Positions 27,365-41,366 are shown, counted from the stretch's first letter. The stretch is 57,510 bases of DNA from Gonapodya sp. JEL0774 (GCA_027604505.1 JADIIX010000141.1:1-57510); one strand, 5' to 3'. Made by a program: numbers and translations. Notes: a model not told the origin generated them from the letters alone.

Positions 27365-28119
27365 ATGTCTGACGACAAGACCGTAAAAGGTCTGTCGGAA
27401 GCGGTGCACCATGATTATCACGTTTGACTCATAATCCCTCTCATCGCTTTCTGGAATCCTGCCTGATCCCATCTTCGTGTTGCACTTTGCCGGATCGGAA
27501 TCATATTCTCGTTCGCAAACCACTCGAACAGGACTTACTCCTCTCGCTGAGGGCTCGCTAGATGGATCTTCGCTGAAAATCCTCGTTGGTCAGTCTCGTG
27601 TTCCCCCGTCTCACATTGATCAATTGCGATCCAACTGCATCCCAACCGCAACTCTCTAATCCACCAGTACACACCCGGTGGAATAGCTCTATCGTGGACT
27701 CTCTGGTCAAGGGCTGCGTTGATACACTCACCACTAAACTCAAGGTCCCATCATCGTCAGTCACCGTTCGTGCTGTTCCGGGAGCCTACGAACTGCCGTA
27801 CGCGTGCCAGCAGCTCATCAAAACCGGCTTCTACGATGCAGTTGTTGCCATTGGCGTGCTTATTAAGGGAGAAACGGCGCATTTCGAATACATTGCGGAC
27901 GCTACCACACAAGGCTTAATGCGTGTCCAGTTGGATGCTCAGGTACCAGTGGTGTTTGGGGTCCTTACAGCTCTGAAGGAAGAGCAAGCTCTGCTACGAG
28001 CCGGCATTAGGGTGAATGGAAAAGAGGGACACAATCATGGAATCGATTGGGCAAGTGCTGCTGTGGAGATGGCACTCATCCGAAAGCAAACAGCAATCAT
28101 AGAAAAGAAAGGAAATTGA
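27365..28119 (+). CDS. RIB4: 6,7-dimethyl-8-ribityllumazine synthase
   Basis: VHTRWN, VPGAYELP, AIGVLIKGETAHFEYI, VPVVFGVLT, GHNHGIDWASAAVEMA. Confidence 0.97.
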
Positions 28120-28381
28120 AACATACAATAAACTATAAATCTCGAGATTGTATTCGTGACGTATCTGAACAAAGCAACGTGAATGTCTGAGTTTGGACTT
28201 GCGTGCTCAAAATGAAGCAGACAGGGTTCTCAATGGTGATGGATTGACAATCTTACAAGACATGATATCAGACAAAAATTCCTCCTTCATCCTCCATTCC
28301 GTTATTTGTACATATCCCCCATACCCTCACATCATCCAGTCATACCACCCCTTTGTGGCGTCCGAATCCCGATCTACACCG

Positions 28382-29110
28382 TTACCCAAACATTTTGATC
28401 TTCTTCAGCTCCTCCCTCGACTTTGCTTCCAATTCTTTATGACGCTGTTTTATTCGGAGAAGTTCTTTGTGTGGTCCGGGGTCCTTCGGGTCAAGCTCGA
28501 TGCACTGGTGTGGGCACACCACCATGAGCAACACGTCTTATGTGAGCCGGGATGAAGCCTACTTTTTTGAAATCCGCTTCTGCCAGATCCAGGTCCTTCA
28601 ATTCAAACCGAGCCTGACCGCGACGGAAATACGCCTTAACCGCCTTATCGTCAATCTTGATTGCCTGCAATGGCGTCGGTTCCCGTTGAACATGCACAAG
28701 GAACCAGGAAGGCATAGAAGCACCCACCTCTGTTGCAGCCCACACTGCCCTTTCATACTTCTTAGCTTTCAGTTGACATAGGGCCATGTTGCTATATACC
28801 ACCGGAATGAGTGCACGAATCTCCTTCACGAGATCCTCAGAAACTGGCTCGGCATTAGGTACAATAGCCGCCATCGAGGAATTGTCCATTCCCTTTGCAA
28901 AGAGTAGGCTTTGATGATAGGATTGCATGGCTTTTGGGTACTCTCCAGCCTTGAGGGCCTCGTTGCCTATGATCTCGGCATGGATACATTTGCCCAGTCC
29001 ACAACATGCCATCCACCTCGAATCCGCAGGGCCAGACGGGTTAGCTCACCTTGGTCCTTCAGCTCTCGTGCCTTCGAAAGTTTTTCGGTCACACTTTGCG
29101 CTGCAGCCAT
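28382..29110 (-). CDS. Small TPR protein (TTC9/FKBP-type co-chaperone TPR)
   Basis: ARELKDQ|GNEALKAGEYPKAMQSYHQ...YSNMALCQLK...KAYFRRGQA...DFKK|CIELDPKD. Confidence 0.82.
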
Positions 29111-29311
29111 TTGGAAATGTTGTTGCCCGGAGTCTTTCCACAGCTCTGCTTGGCCTTCGTTGAGTCCACTCGGACCGCAGCCTTTGGTGTAAATATTCCC
29201 CTTCCCCCAAACCCCCAAGTGCGATTCTTCTCTCCGCCTGTCGAGGCCATCGCAAGGCCGGCCCCACGCGGCGTGATTGCCGCAACCGTCGCATCTCAAC
29301 ACCAGAGTGGG

Positions 29312-30876
29312 ATGGCGTTCCTATTCAAACCAAAGGCAAGGAGCCCTCAGGAGCTAGTGCGATATGCAAAAGAGCTGTCGCTGAAGCTTGGGGAATCGGA
29401 CACCAAGAAGGTAAACTTGAGTGGTGCCTGGATGAATTATGAGGAACAGGGAATCGCGTCTCTGTCTCCCGTCATCGTATCGTCATAATCCAACCTCAAG
29501 CGCAATATCCGTCGCTGACATGAACAGATAAATGAAGAGTTTTCACGGACAATAGCAGAAATAAAGCGCTTGCTGTACGGGGACGCCGGTGAATTGGTCG
29601 TGCCGAAGATCTTGGCTGGGGAATCTCAAACGCTGATTCACCTCACCCATTGCATTCAGAGACGGAACCGCAACCGGACCAGGTCGCACAGATTGCACAA
29701 GAAGTGTATAGCACGGATCTGCTACAGGTCATAGTTCAGAACATTGCTCGGTTCGAGTTCGAAGCGCGAAAGGATGTTGCTTCTATTTTCAACAACCTTC
29801 TTCGACGGCAAATTGGCACGAGGTCGCCCACTGTGGAATACCTGCAGACAAAGGAATCTATTTTGTTCTCTCTGCTGAGCGGGTTTGTGCTCCTCTACCC
29901 ATTGCTAAAGAGCTTCAGTCTTTGAACTCGTTTTGTCGTGCCCCCTTTGTTTACCTTTTGTGGTTACGCTGTGCTGCTTGCACCCACATCACTAGGTATG
30001 AGAACCAAGAAATTGCTCTTAACTGTGGCATGATTCTTCGGGAATGCATTCGACACGAAGTTCTCGCCAAAGCACTCCTCGTATCACCCCACTTTTGGAA
30101 GTTCACTCAATATGTGGAGCTCTCCACGTTCGATACCGCCAGCGACGCATTCGCGACATTTAAGGATCTTCTTACAAAGCATAAACAGATGGTCGCAGAG
30201 TTTCTGGATAAAAACTATGACCAGGTAAGGAGTCCACATTCCTTGCCAACTGTGCAATGACGATTTTGAATCCCTTTCCCCCCATAAGTTCTTCACGAAA
30301 TATACCCAGCTACTCATGTCGAACAATTATGTCACCAAGCGACAATCGCTCAAGGTAAAGTAATGCACTGTCGAGGTATTAGCTTCTTCAACCCGACCAT
30401 ACGTTCTGTCCGCCGTCCAGCTCTTGGGAGAGCTCCTTCTCGACCGAGCAAACTTTTCAGTCATGACTCGCTACATCGGTAACGTGGAGAACCTCAAGCT
30501 CATGATGAACTTGTTGCGGGATAAGAGCCGAAATATACAGTTTGAGGCATTCCATGTATTCAAGGTGTGTGAAGCTATACCGAATTGCCGTTCGTATTAT
30601 GTTGTACTTTCTATATTGGACGGATGTCGCACTTCCTCAGGTGTTCGTGGCAAATCCTAACAAACCCAAGCCCGTGCTTGATATCTTGCAAAAGAACAAG
30701 GACAAACTGCTGTCATTCTTGAGCAATTTTCAAACCGATCGAACAGGTATGTTGCACTTCGTCTGATGGTGTCCGTTACCCAAATGCAAAACCTTCCTCC
30801 GTTGTGCGTCCGAACAGACGACGAGCAGTTCAACGACGAAAAGGCTTTCCTCATTAAGCAGATTAGAGATTTGTAG
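29312..30876 (+). CDS. HYM1: Mo25/CAB39 (Hym1) kinase scaffold
   Basis: [75 protein letters not shown]. Confidence 0.96.
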
Positions 30877-31147
30877 TTTTCTGCGCAGGTAATGCGGGCG
30901 GAAGGGTGGTGCATATTCAGACGGAGAAGGGAGACCACGCGAAACGATACACACAGTATTAGCAACTCACACATAATGTAAATTGAGGTCGTGTTGAAGG
31001 TACGATAGACTGTTGGTGGCAAAGGCCTCTTTCCAAAATGCCTGAAGATGACCGAAGTGGCGAAGCAAACTATCCTGCACGCTCATCACTACAGCCCAAA
31101 CAGGAAACATTCCATTCGAATATCTCACTTCTAACCACACCCACAAC

Positions 31148-31922
31148 ATGAGCTGGAGTTCATACGTCGACAACAACCTTCTCGGAACTGGCAAAGTCTC
31201 CAAAGGTAGGTGGGGGTGACGCACCTGAATCAACTTCGAGAGCGGAGTGGGGCTCATTGACCTCCATGACACAACAAGCTGCCATTTACGGTCACGATGG
31301 AAAGCTCTGGGCATCGTCTAAAGGCTTCACAGTGAGTTGATCGAGGGCTTGTTTGAGTATAAGGACTCGATTTGACGGACCACGTTCTCCTGTGTGCGAA
31401 CCGAATGCATAATTCAAGGTTGCAGCGGACGAATGTACAAAACTGTTGAAGGGATTCACGGATCCGAGTGGTTTGAGGGCAAGCGGGTTGCATATTGGAG
31501 GAACGAAGGTGAATGCTCGCCCGCAGCAACCCCTCCCCCACCACATCAGTGCACCCAGCATGTGTGACCCATCATTCTGCTTTCACATATCTAGTTCATT
31601 GTCCTCCGTGCGGATGACCGGTCTATCTACGGCAAGCAAGGTGCGACGGGCATCATTTGCGTGAAGACGAAGCAGGCAGTACTGATCGGATTCTACCCAG
31701 AGGGCGTGCAGCCGGGTGGTGAGTACAAGATAAAATTGGATCGGATTTTGATCAGGAAGTGGGAGCCTCGAAACCTCACGACCAAACCTTCTCTGCTTGG
31801 GGACCCCTCGCATCCACTTCCCACCCTACGCTCGACCTTGCTGTCACTCCTCCATCGCAAATTCAGCTGCCACCAAAGTGGTCGAAGACCTAGCAGACTA
31901 TTTGATTGGCGTGTCCTATTGA
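31148..31922 (+). CDS. PFY1: Profilin
   Basis: [27 protein letters not shown]...|[16 protein letters not shown]...[10 protein letters not shown]...|[18 protein letters not shown]. Confidence 0.96.
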
Positions 31923-31973
31923 ATACCCTAAAACGGATTAGATGTTGATGCATATTCTACAAAACAATAAATG

Positions 31974-33372
31974 CTAACCAATGGCGATTCCCCGACCCGT
32001 GCGCTTCTGCCTAAAAAGTGCCTGTGCCCTTTCAAACTCGCTTACAAGGTCGTTCTCGATTCTCCGCCCAGTCTTACTGTCCGTTGCGTCTGTAAACGGT
32101 TTCGATGTCCCAGCAATGCCTCCACCGCTCGAAGCCGGAGGCACAGCTCCAGACTTCTTGGCACCCATGAGACGAAGAAACTTGTCTCGACGGGCTTCGT
32201 CGCCACCAAGGGAGTCTGCCGTGACGTTGCCCCATTGCGTCCAGCCTCCACCAGTCTGAAGGTTAACATTGCGTTTGAGAAGATATTCAGCAAATGAGTT
32301 GAGAAATACAATGGAAGCACGATGGCTTACAGTTTCCTGGGCCTTGGACCCTGCGGCCGCCGTGTTCGCTGTCATCGGTACACCGTCAGGTTTGGATTTC
32401 TCCTTTTTCTTCTTCTCCTCCCTTTTGTCCTTCTTGGATGGTTTCGTTTCAATCTCTGAAGGATCCGTGGTTGCAGTGGTGTCCGGTAAGGGATCTGAGG
32501 TTTCGGTGGAGAGTTTGCGATTTTTCTGGGAAATTACAACAGAGGAAATCACAAAACACCAGACACGTTCATAGATGGATTATGGTAGGTCAAGCATATA
32601 GGGGGAGAAGGAGATGGGGATATCTCACCTTGGATTTCTTTGATTGAGCCTCTGTTTCGGGTTTGCTGCTAGCACCTTTGGTTTGGGACGGCGCTAACTT
32701 CTCCGCCCCATCCTTGGAGTCCCCTCTCCCTTCATCTTCCTGCTCCTTTGCTTCCTTAGCTTTCTTCTCCTTCTTCCGCCGCTTCTTTTCATTTGCAGTC
32801 GTGTCTGTAATAGTGGTAGCCCCATCATCCTTTGAAGATTCGAGCTTTGAGTCCGAGTTCGCGTCAGCGTCGCTCTGTGTATCACCCTTGCGCCGTTTTC
32901 GCTTTTCCTTCTTAGCCGGCTTCACGTCGTCAGCACCCTCGTTGTCAGCATCCGCCGGGCTCGCATTGACCACAACCAGAGAATTCTGCTCCATCACGAC
33001 CAAACCCTTCTTATCGTTTCCATCTGTCTTCTCAGCCGTGTCCTCTGTATTTTCTTTCTTCTTCTTCTTGTTCTTGTCCTTTTTCTTCTTCTCCTTCTTC
33101 TCCATCTTGGTCGCTTCCTTCTCTGACCCCTTTGGGGTCACCAATTCCGATTCCAGTTCCTCGGCACCTTCAGCCGCATGCTTCTTCTTGGATTTCTTTG
33201 GTTTCACATCTGCTCTCGCATTGTGTTTGAATCAAGCAACTGAGTTGAGGTTATTTGAATGAACAAGAAAGGCTATCTCACCAGGGGCGATTTCCAGTTC
33301 ATCAGGAAGCGATTGCAGTTCTCCTCCCGCTTGGCGCTTTCGTTTCTTAATCTTAACTTGTGCTTCGCTCAT
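31974..33372 (-). CDS. Lys-rich nucleolar-type protein with C-terminal SMAP (small acidic protein) domain
   Basis: K/E-rich low-complexity exons followed by WGNVTADSLGGDEARRDKFLRLMGAKK...IENDLVSEFERA. Confidence 0.8.
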
Positions 33373-33556
33373 GTTTGTTCTTGATGATTTGAATTCAACG
33401 ATAGCAGTCTTTGCCTGATTACTTCTTTTCCTTTGGCCGCCTGTGGTCACAACTGGGTTCTGATCACTCGTGATCGTCTCACGAAGCACCGGACTAACCG
33501 GGAGTCCCGGCCAGGCTGTTTCAGGTCTTGCTCCGGATTCACAACTATCACCTGCG

Positions 33557-34100
33557 ATGGCTCTGTATCCGACTTTGGATATCCCGTCGATTCTCATGGT
33601 GCGTACCGAAATATTTCATGAAAGTTTCTCCAGAACTCGAGACGGCGAATCGCACAGTAACCTTCTTATGAACCCAATAAATCAGTATGTCAGTCACAAT
33701 TCGCAACCACCGCGAGTCATCCCGCTGGAATTTACATTCCCGGAGCCGTCGATCGATGCAGGGAGGTGTTTTGCAGATGCTGGCGGTAAGAGCAACGCTC
33801 CTCTCGGAAAGGCAATTCAGGTGAGATTGTAACCCACCCACACATCATCGACAATTGATTTCAATGCTGGCGTCTGGTTTTTTTCTGAAGGAATTCGCAC
33901 TTCGCCTGGCACGAATGGACAAAGACCTTGTCACTGTTTCACACACGACCGCAAATGGGTTTCCGTTCACACTTCGCGTTAGAAAAGAGCATTTCTCTGT
34001 CAGCGACACTTTTGCGTTCACCAAGGATGATGTTCGACTTCCAGCAGAGTCCAAGTACGTCGTTGAGGTCACAGTAGCGTTCCCCTCTTCTTTGTCGTAA
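33557..34100 (+). CDS. Small hypothetical protein (128 aa, 3 exons)
   Basis: Exons 33557-33598, 33686-33820 and 33891-34100, joined by phase-0 GT-AG introns; open frame from ATG to TAA. Confidence 0.55.
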
Positions 34101-34300
34101 TGGTTTGTGAGTAAAGCAATTAGTATTATTGTGAGAATAACTGAAGTATATTTTAAGAAATGATATATCCTGTGTCCGCTCGCATGCGCAGCGCCTTGAA
34201 TACCCTTCGCTGATCACCTTCGCATCTGGAGCGAAGCCGAAACAGCAATATCTATACAGCAGCAACACCATCACCAAACACTCCAAGATCCTAGCAAGAA

Positions 34301-37300
34301 ATGGAAAAGATTGAAGAATGGCTCGGCACGAACTACAGTGTCGACAATTGGAAGGTGGGAGTCCAAATGTGGAATTTCAGTTCAGACCCCACTGCTTAGT
34401 TTAATCCAATCCACTATCTCTTATGTTCGTAAGCTTGAAGGAATGATAGGTTAGCTCATCAATTCTCCATTGCGATGTCGCCGCACCACACATACCCATC
34501 TTGAACCATTCCTCCGTACAGACAATGCCACAGATATTAATCGTTGGGAGGCGGACCTCAATCTCAATCTTGAAATCTGCGAGTTGGTGAACAAGAAGGG
34601 TAGTGGCTGGTGAGTTACGAGTTACGAGTGCTCACAGCATCCGGTGTCTTGGAGCCGGCTCATCCTCGGTGCTTGTCTGCAAGCAAGAATTCAACTTTAC
34701 CCTCACATGCTCGTTCGCCATTGCCCCCACCCTCGTATTGCATAGGCCCCGCGATGCCGCCGTGCTTGTACTCAAGATTCTCAACAGCAAAAGCGCTCAA
34801 TCCGGTCTCTTGGCCCTGACGCTTCTGGACAACCTCGTGAAAAACTGCGGGACTCCCTTTCAGATGCAGATTGGACACAAGGAATTTCTCACTGGTCTGA
34901 CCAGAAAATTTCCCGAGCATCCACCGGTGAGGCACAGTTGGTTGAAATTGTATGATTTTATGGATCGCATGTTTGACTTATCGCCACCCAAACACCCAAC
35001 CCCTGTACGCGAATCTCAAACAGTCTATTGTAAGCCCTGTCCAGTACCGAATCCTCGAGCTTCTCCAAGAGTGGAACGCCACCTTGGCGCAGGGCCGGTA
35101 CGCGTCGGATTTCCGACACGTCCGCGCGGTGTGCAACCAACTATCTTACAGGGGATACAGATTCACCGATTTCAACGCAGATACGAGTGTGCTCAAGGAA
35201 AGGCCTGTGCTAAGGAATGAGAAGGAACTGGAAGATGAGGACAGAAAACACCAGGAGGCGAAGTTGCAGGACTTGTTGAGGAGGAAAACGCCAGAAGCGC
35301 TCGCGGAGGCCAATGAGATTATGAAAACTCTCGCCGGATACGTGAGTATCCGCTTTTTGGAACGATGTTTTGGTGTTACCTCCGCACTCATCATTGTCTC
35401 CCCATTTGCACACTCTCTCTTCATGGTCACAACTTCAACTCGAATCAAATCTGACCCTAGGATTTGGAAGCACGTCCAAACTACAAGAAGCAATTTTTGG
35501 ATGAGCTTTCCAAAATTGAAGTCAAGGCTAGAGAACTGCAAAATTTCTTGGCCACCGCAACCCAAATGAACCGACTGGATGAACACGCGGCGCATTTGTT
35601 CAACGAATGCAAGAGCGCACAAACGAAGATTCAGAATTGGGTTGCTGAGGAAGACGACGCCGAGTCGACCGGTGAGCACTGGGGCTTTAAAATGCCTTTT
35701 CAAGAACGAGAGTCTGTTTCTTCTTTCTTGTACTGGTGTAATGGCACCTTGACATCTTCCCTCAAAGCCCGCCTGCTCGCTGTCAATGACATTCTCAACG
35801 AAGTTACTCTGGGCTATCAGGCGTTCAAGTCTGGAAAACACGCGATGATGGACGCCCGTGCCCAGCAAGGACTCATCGGTACAGCGGCCGCTGCAACGAG
35901 CGTAACGCCTGTTGGGGTAATCACCAGAGCGCAAATGGGCGGAGTGGTGCAGAATGTGCGAGTTGGTCCAGAGCCTCTATCGGCGAATGGAGGTGCGAAC
36001 AAACTTGAATCACCGGCGAAGCCCATTTGTGAGTGAATAATTCTCGATGTCACTATCACTTTATTGTCCAACTGTGGAAATAATCCCTGAACCAGCCAAC
36101 ATTGTGGATGATCTGTTGGGTATCAGCTTTATGGTGAGAGCAACAATGTGTAGAAAGTGCAACCTTCATGAAGGTCTGACAAGTTGCACCCTACAGGGTC
36201 CCTCTAGCTCCTCTACTTCTTCCACGTCGGGGATGCAACCAAGTTCTAACATGTTTGGAGAAGCTAACAGTGAGGATTCGGCGTACAATAGTTCGTTCCG
36301 CGTATTCTTTCTGATCTACCACTTTCAATCCGCAGAGTCTTTACTGCCTCCGTTACCCAATTCAAGTGCCTATGGTGAGTACCTTGGATTGAAATTCCTG
36401 AGCTTGATTTTCCGACTAACTAGAAAACCTCTTCTGCATTTTGCAGGAGGATTTGTACCTTCAAACTCGAACTGGGGCCAACCACAGGGCGAGTACACCA
36501 TGTTGCTTCAAACTGTGGGCTGTGTAGAGCTTTCACGGCTACTCAGTGTCGCAGAACCCGTTCGGTAGCCCCTCTCCCTCCAGTACGCAGCACCATCCCA
36601 TTACCAACCCATTTACGCAGTCGATGTCTTCAGGACCGGGTGCCTATACCATGGGACAGCCGCCCCAAGCTCCCATTCCGCAAACGCAAGCATTGATGAA
36701 CCCGTTTGTTGCGCAGGCTCCGGCTTTTGGGATGAAACCCATGCAACAAACGGGCTTTGCTCCATGGAATCCTCAAATGCACTCAGCTGAAGGTATGTCG
36801 CTGAAGTGTTGTAGACGTTGCTGTTCGGTTATTCGACACACGTTTTCTCAGCGACGGTGCAGGCGACTGAAGGTTTGTCATTGATGTCATATAAGTATCT
36901 AGAAGGTTTTGCTCTGTTATTTCACACGTTTTTACAGCAACAGTACTTGAAAAGAACGGTCTCCGATTCACTCTACGAAAGAGCGGACGGGAAGGTTACG
37001 TGTCCACTTATGTCGCTGTATTTTGGAATGCGATACCGCTACCCATGAGCGGTCTTGACTTTCAGGTCGCAGTTCCGAAGGTGAGCCAATTCGTGGAACT
37101 GGAAATCTCTCCTTGAAGTAAAGTTCATGTCCGCTGTGGCCTCTGTTTCCAGTCAATGCAGGTTGCGGTTGATCCAATTTCTTCGCCAGTCATCCCTCCC
37201 TCGAACAAAGCACCGATCACCCAAATGGTGCATGTCAATAACCCCAATCAAGAACCTGAAAGGTTGCGATTTAGACTAACCTACACCATCAATGGCGTTT

Positions 37301-37335
37301 CAATTACCGAGCAAGGCGAAATTTCTGCATTCTGA
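34301..37335 (+). CDS. GGA-type clathrin adaptor (VHS-GAT-GAE)
   Basis: VHS: LNLEICELVNKK...LALTLLDNLVKNCGTPFQMQI. GAT: ELEDEDRKHQEAKLQDLLRR...ANEIMKTLAGY. C-terminal appendage-like exons end LRFRLTYTINGVSITEQGEISAF. Confidence 0.88.
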
Positions 37336-37488
37336 AGAGTATGGCTTATAAATTAATAAGAGAAATCGCTATCTGGTATATTGCTATTAAACAGGTTGTT
37401 GACAAGCGTTTCCGTTTGCACAAGCGGCCGACAGGGGTGGGGTTGGGGGGTAGTGGGTGGAAAGGAACGAACACCAGAGTCGACTTTA

Positions 37489-40400
37489 ATGCTTTCGGCG
37501 GGGTCGAGGCCCCCCCGAGTCCCACCGAGAGACAATAGTTCCCAATCTCGTGCACTCGCTGCATCGGAGCGGCCGTCGGGCCTCAAATCTCCGCGTGCGA
37601 TGGTTCCGAACGAATCGAGGAACTTGGGCCATCAAACGTCAACCACCTTCTCGAGTGGTCCCCAGTCACTTACTTTCGATGATGGTCGATCGCAAATAAC
37701 GGCTGCTACGGACTCCATCCAGCGGATGATTCTGCAGCTTGACGCACCATCGACAATTCGGTCGAATTCAGACGGCCGCAACTTAGCGGAATCCCTCGCT
37801 CGGGCGCCATCCAACCATCATGCGCACGCACAGACATCATCAAATCATTTTTTTCATGACACGAGCGCGATCGATGAAGAAGAAGAGGTATCTGGCCGAA
37901 TGGAGAGCTTCAACGAAGTCTTTGGGGCGTCAGCTATTATAGACTCCGGCTCCAAACTAAGCGCTTTTCATGAAAGTGATTTGGATTTCACCGGTGGAGT
38001 GTACTTGGATGCCACGATTAGTCCTGGACAGCCCAATGTACCTCGCGCCGGAGCAGCGCCAGTTCCAAACCCGTCCATGCTCCCCGCACTCCCATCTCCT
38101 ATGGGGTTTGGTCATCTAGGCAACCAACTTGGACTGAGAGAGAGTGAAAGTGGTATGGGTGCCATTATTCAAACCGAGGGTATGACGGATATTCAGCGAG
38201 CCTTTGACCCACACATCGAGCTCGATGAAGAGGAGCTCGGTGTGCTCGATGATGACCGGGATATGGGACGTGCAACATTTTCTATTAATGGCATGAATAG
38301 TGTTCACCTTAATGGAGTCACTGGGAACGAGTCGAAGTCGAAACCCACAGGGACCAGGTCGGAGCATCTGATGGACTCGGCATTGCAACGCAGTACTTCG
38401 CGAACCTTACAAACCGAGTCTTCGCGCACCACACGAAACGAGACTTTGCGAACGCTGAAGCGCAGTGATTCGCATGATTTTACCCTTGTTGATCGATGGA
38501 ACTCGCAACGACATCCGCCTGTGGTAGACCCCGCCGGACCTTACTCTCGAGGAGGGCATCCTCCTTCTCGACAAATTTCCTCCTCTCCTTCTCACTCTCT
38601 CGTTAATATCACCTCCGAAAGTGGCCGCTCCTCCACCCCCACCTCTGTGGCCCGCCGGGAACGGGAGCGTGACAGAGAGCACGAAGCTCATAGATCCTCT
38701 TTCACCAACCCGTCCCCAGATCCTATACCACCCCCTCCAATCACCTCAAACCCCGCTGCACCAGCTAGTGTCTCCTTGTCTGATCGCTCCGCTGACCACG
38801 ACCGTCGTTCCAGTGGGTTCGTTGCCACAGCAAGTACCCGACAATTCGGCCCGCAACTCCAGTCCATCGCTGTACATGACGTCCTCGCTCAAAACCGAAT
38901 CGAGATACAGAAATTGCAAGAAGCAAATGATATGCTAATGAGGACGAACGATGAGGCGCGAAAGGCTCTCGGTGAGACTGTGTGACTGTAAAATTCCTTG
39001 GTAGGCAATTTGAACAGATTCTCACCTTGGACCAATGCAAAGATGCTGCCGTTTACGAGAAGGAAAAGGCGGTAATGGTACTAAAGTCAGAACATGAGGC
39101 TAAGGTTGAGGAGTTAAAGGTGCGTTTCCGTTTCGCACCTGGGCGATCTGACATGTCACTTTACATGCTGAACCTTATCGCGTAGAGGGATTCATTGACT
39201 CAAATCACCGAACTCCAGACTCAACTAACTCAGTTCCAATCCGACCTCCTCCTAGCACGTACCGCTACTGCAAATGTATCACATATTCGCGCCACTCTCC
39301 AGCGGGAGAAGGAGTTGGATGTGCTTACCGCACGGAAGGAAATCCTGGCTCAGAAAGAAAGGCAACTGCAAGAGCTGAGGAGGGACATGAATGATGAAGT
39401 TGGTCGGGTACAACGGGAGTGGAAGGAGAGGGAGCGGTTGTGGAAACAGCAAAAGGATATGATGGAGGATGAGGCAGGCGTGAAAGAGGCAGAGCTAGAG
39501 AGGGCCAAGGGAGAATGTTTACGCTGGAAAAGGGAAGCAGAACAGGCCAGAGACCTGGTGGCAGCAAAACCGGGTGTTCGTGAAGCCTGGACATTAGCTG
39601 TGGACGGGCGAATACCTGAGATGGAACAGAGACTCAATAATGCGGTTGAAGAGGTTGAAAAGACAAGAAGGAAGCTAGCCTCTCTGGCGCAAGTATTCTC
39701 AGATGATTCGGAGCGAATCTCCGTTCTCAGCGTCGATCAGGTCGTCAGCATCGTGAGGGAAGCACATGACGCTAAAGCGGATCAACTTGACAGACTGGAA
39801 GCAGAGCTTCACGGCAAGGAGCAAGTCATTGCGCTTCTTCGAAGGGAACAGCCAGGATTGCTCTCCAGCAAGGTCGCGGAAGCGCGGGCAGCCATGGAAC
39901 GTGCCCATAGTCAACAGGTCCAGTCCTTGCAGGTTTCCCATGCGGAAGAAATTTCCACCATTCGAGCAACCCACGATTCATATGTGCGCCGGCTCAAGGC
40001 TGAGCACGAGACCCAAGTGCACCAGTTTGAGACGACAATTCGGGAACTCACGGTACAGGTAGAGCAGAGCGTCGCAGCACGTGTGCCAAGTAGCTTGAAC
40101 GAGTTTCAAGAAATGTACCCCAGAGAACTGGCCTCGTATAAAGCGCAGATCGATGCTGAGCATCAACAAGAGCTAGGTGAGCTAATGGACAGGCAGGAGC
40201 AGGATAATGCCGCGTTGGTAGAACGATTGGACGCTGAGAAGAATGAGCTTATCGAGAAACATGCGCATGAGATTCAAGACGTTGCAACGAGGATCAAGGC
40301 CCAATGCGCAACTGCCTACTCAAACGCGATCGAAAAACTCAAGACTGAGTATTCGCGTTTGGAAAAGCGCCTAACTGCCAAGTTTGAGAGAGAAACGCGA

Positions 40401-41366
40401 GCGAATGAGGAGAGGGCGGCAAGCGACATTAAGAGAGTACGCGACGAGGCTGACCATGAGCGTCAGATGTTGGAGTACCGTCTGAACGAAGAGATCGACG
40501 AGCGGATAACAAACGCACGGAGGGAGGCTCGGGAGCTCTGTAGGAAAGAAGAGGAAGCAAAGTCACAAGCACAGGTCGGGGAGTTGGAGGTCAGTACCCG
40601 TCCATTCTGATAGAGAGATTCGACTTTAACTCCAGTCATCGTACTACAGGCTCAGATTGCTTCGCTGAAAGAGCGCCTATTGAATCAGTCCACAGAACAC
40701 TCACAGGCTCTGTCAGAGGCAAAAGAGCGCTTCCTTCGTGATCAACAGACAAGTTTGTTAAAGATGAAAGAGAAATACTTGTCGACCTTGAAGGCAATGC
40801 GTGATGATGTTGCAGCGAGTAAGAAACGGAGCTTGGAGCGACTTGAAGCGGAGTGGCAGCGAAGAAAACATCAGCTCGAAGACGAGTGTGAGCACAAGTT
40901 AGTACATTTGAACATCCCCCTTTTGGCTTAGTATTTAATGCCTCGCGAATTCAGGCTTGAAGAATTACGAAGATCATACGAGGGGGAGCTCATGAGATAT
41001 CGTGGTTTGCAGGGGCAGGATCATTCTCACCAGTCCCACTTAGGTGGAATACGACAACCAGCCATATTTGATCGAAATCGTCAAACAGCACCGCGATCTC
41101 GATCAGGGAGTGTTGATACGAACCGAAGCAGTAACGGAGTCTCAGCAAAGCCGGGCGAGAGCTCTTCTGGTGCTGCTGGCAAAGACAACTCTGACACTAA
41201 TGGAAATCCCCTGTCCCCGAAAAAAGTGTCATGGAAGGAACGGACCCCGAGTCAGTCACCATGGACGTCTGCTGGTGGAACGCCATCTGATAGTGCAATC
41301 GTGGAAGTCGGATCGAACATTCGGGGCAAGGCGTCTTCGTCGAGGACTACATCTCAACGGCGCTAG
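37489..41366 (+). CDS. Large protein: disordered N-terminal half plus long coiled coil (possibly centrosomal)
   Basis: Long ORFs 37381-38985, 39195-40610, 40680-40931 and 40938-41366 linked by short introns; E/Q/R/K heptads. Confidence 0.75.

Noticed and set aside
29051..29311. In-frame N-terminal extension of Mo25
   Set aside because: Starts at TTG and overlaps the opposite gene; the ATG at 29312 gives the canonical MAFLF start.
32663..33262. 199-aa Phe/Ser-rich plus-strand ORF resembling a membrane protein
   Set aside because: Antisense shadow of the poly-Lys/Glu exon.
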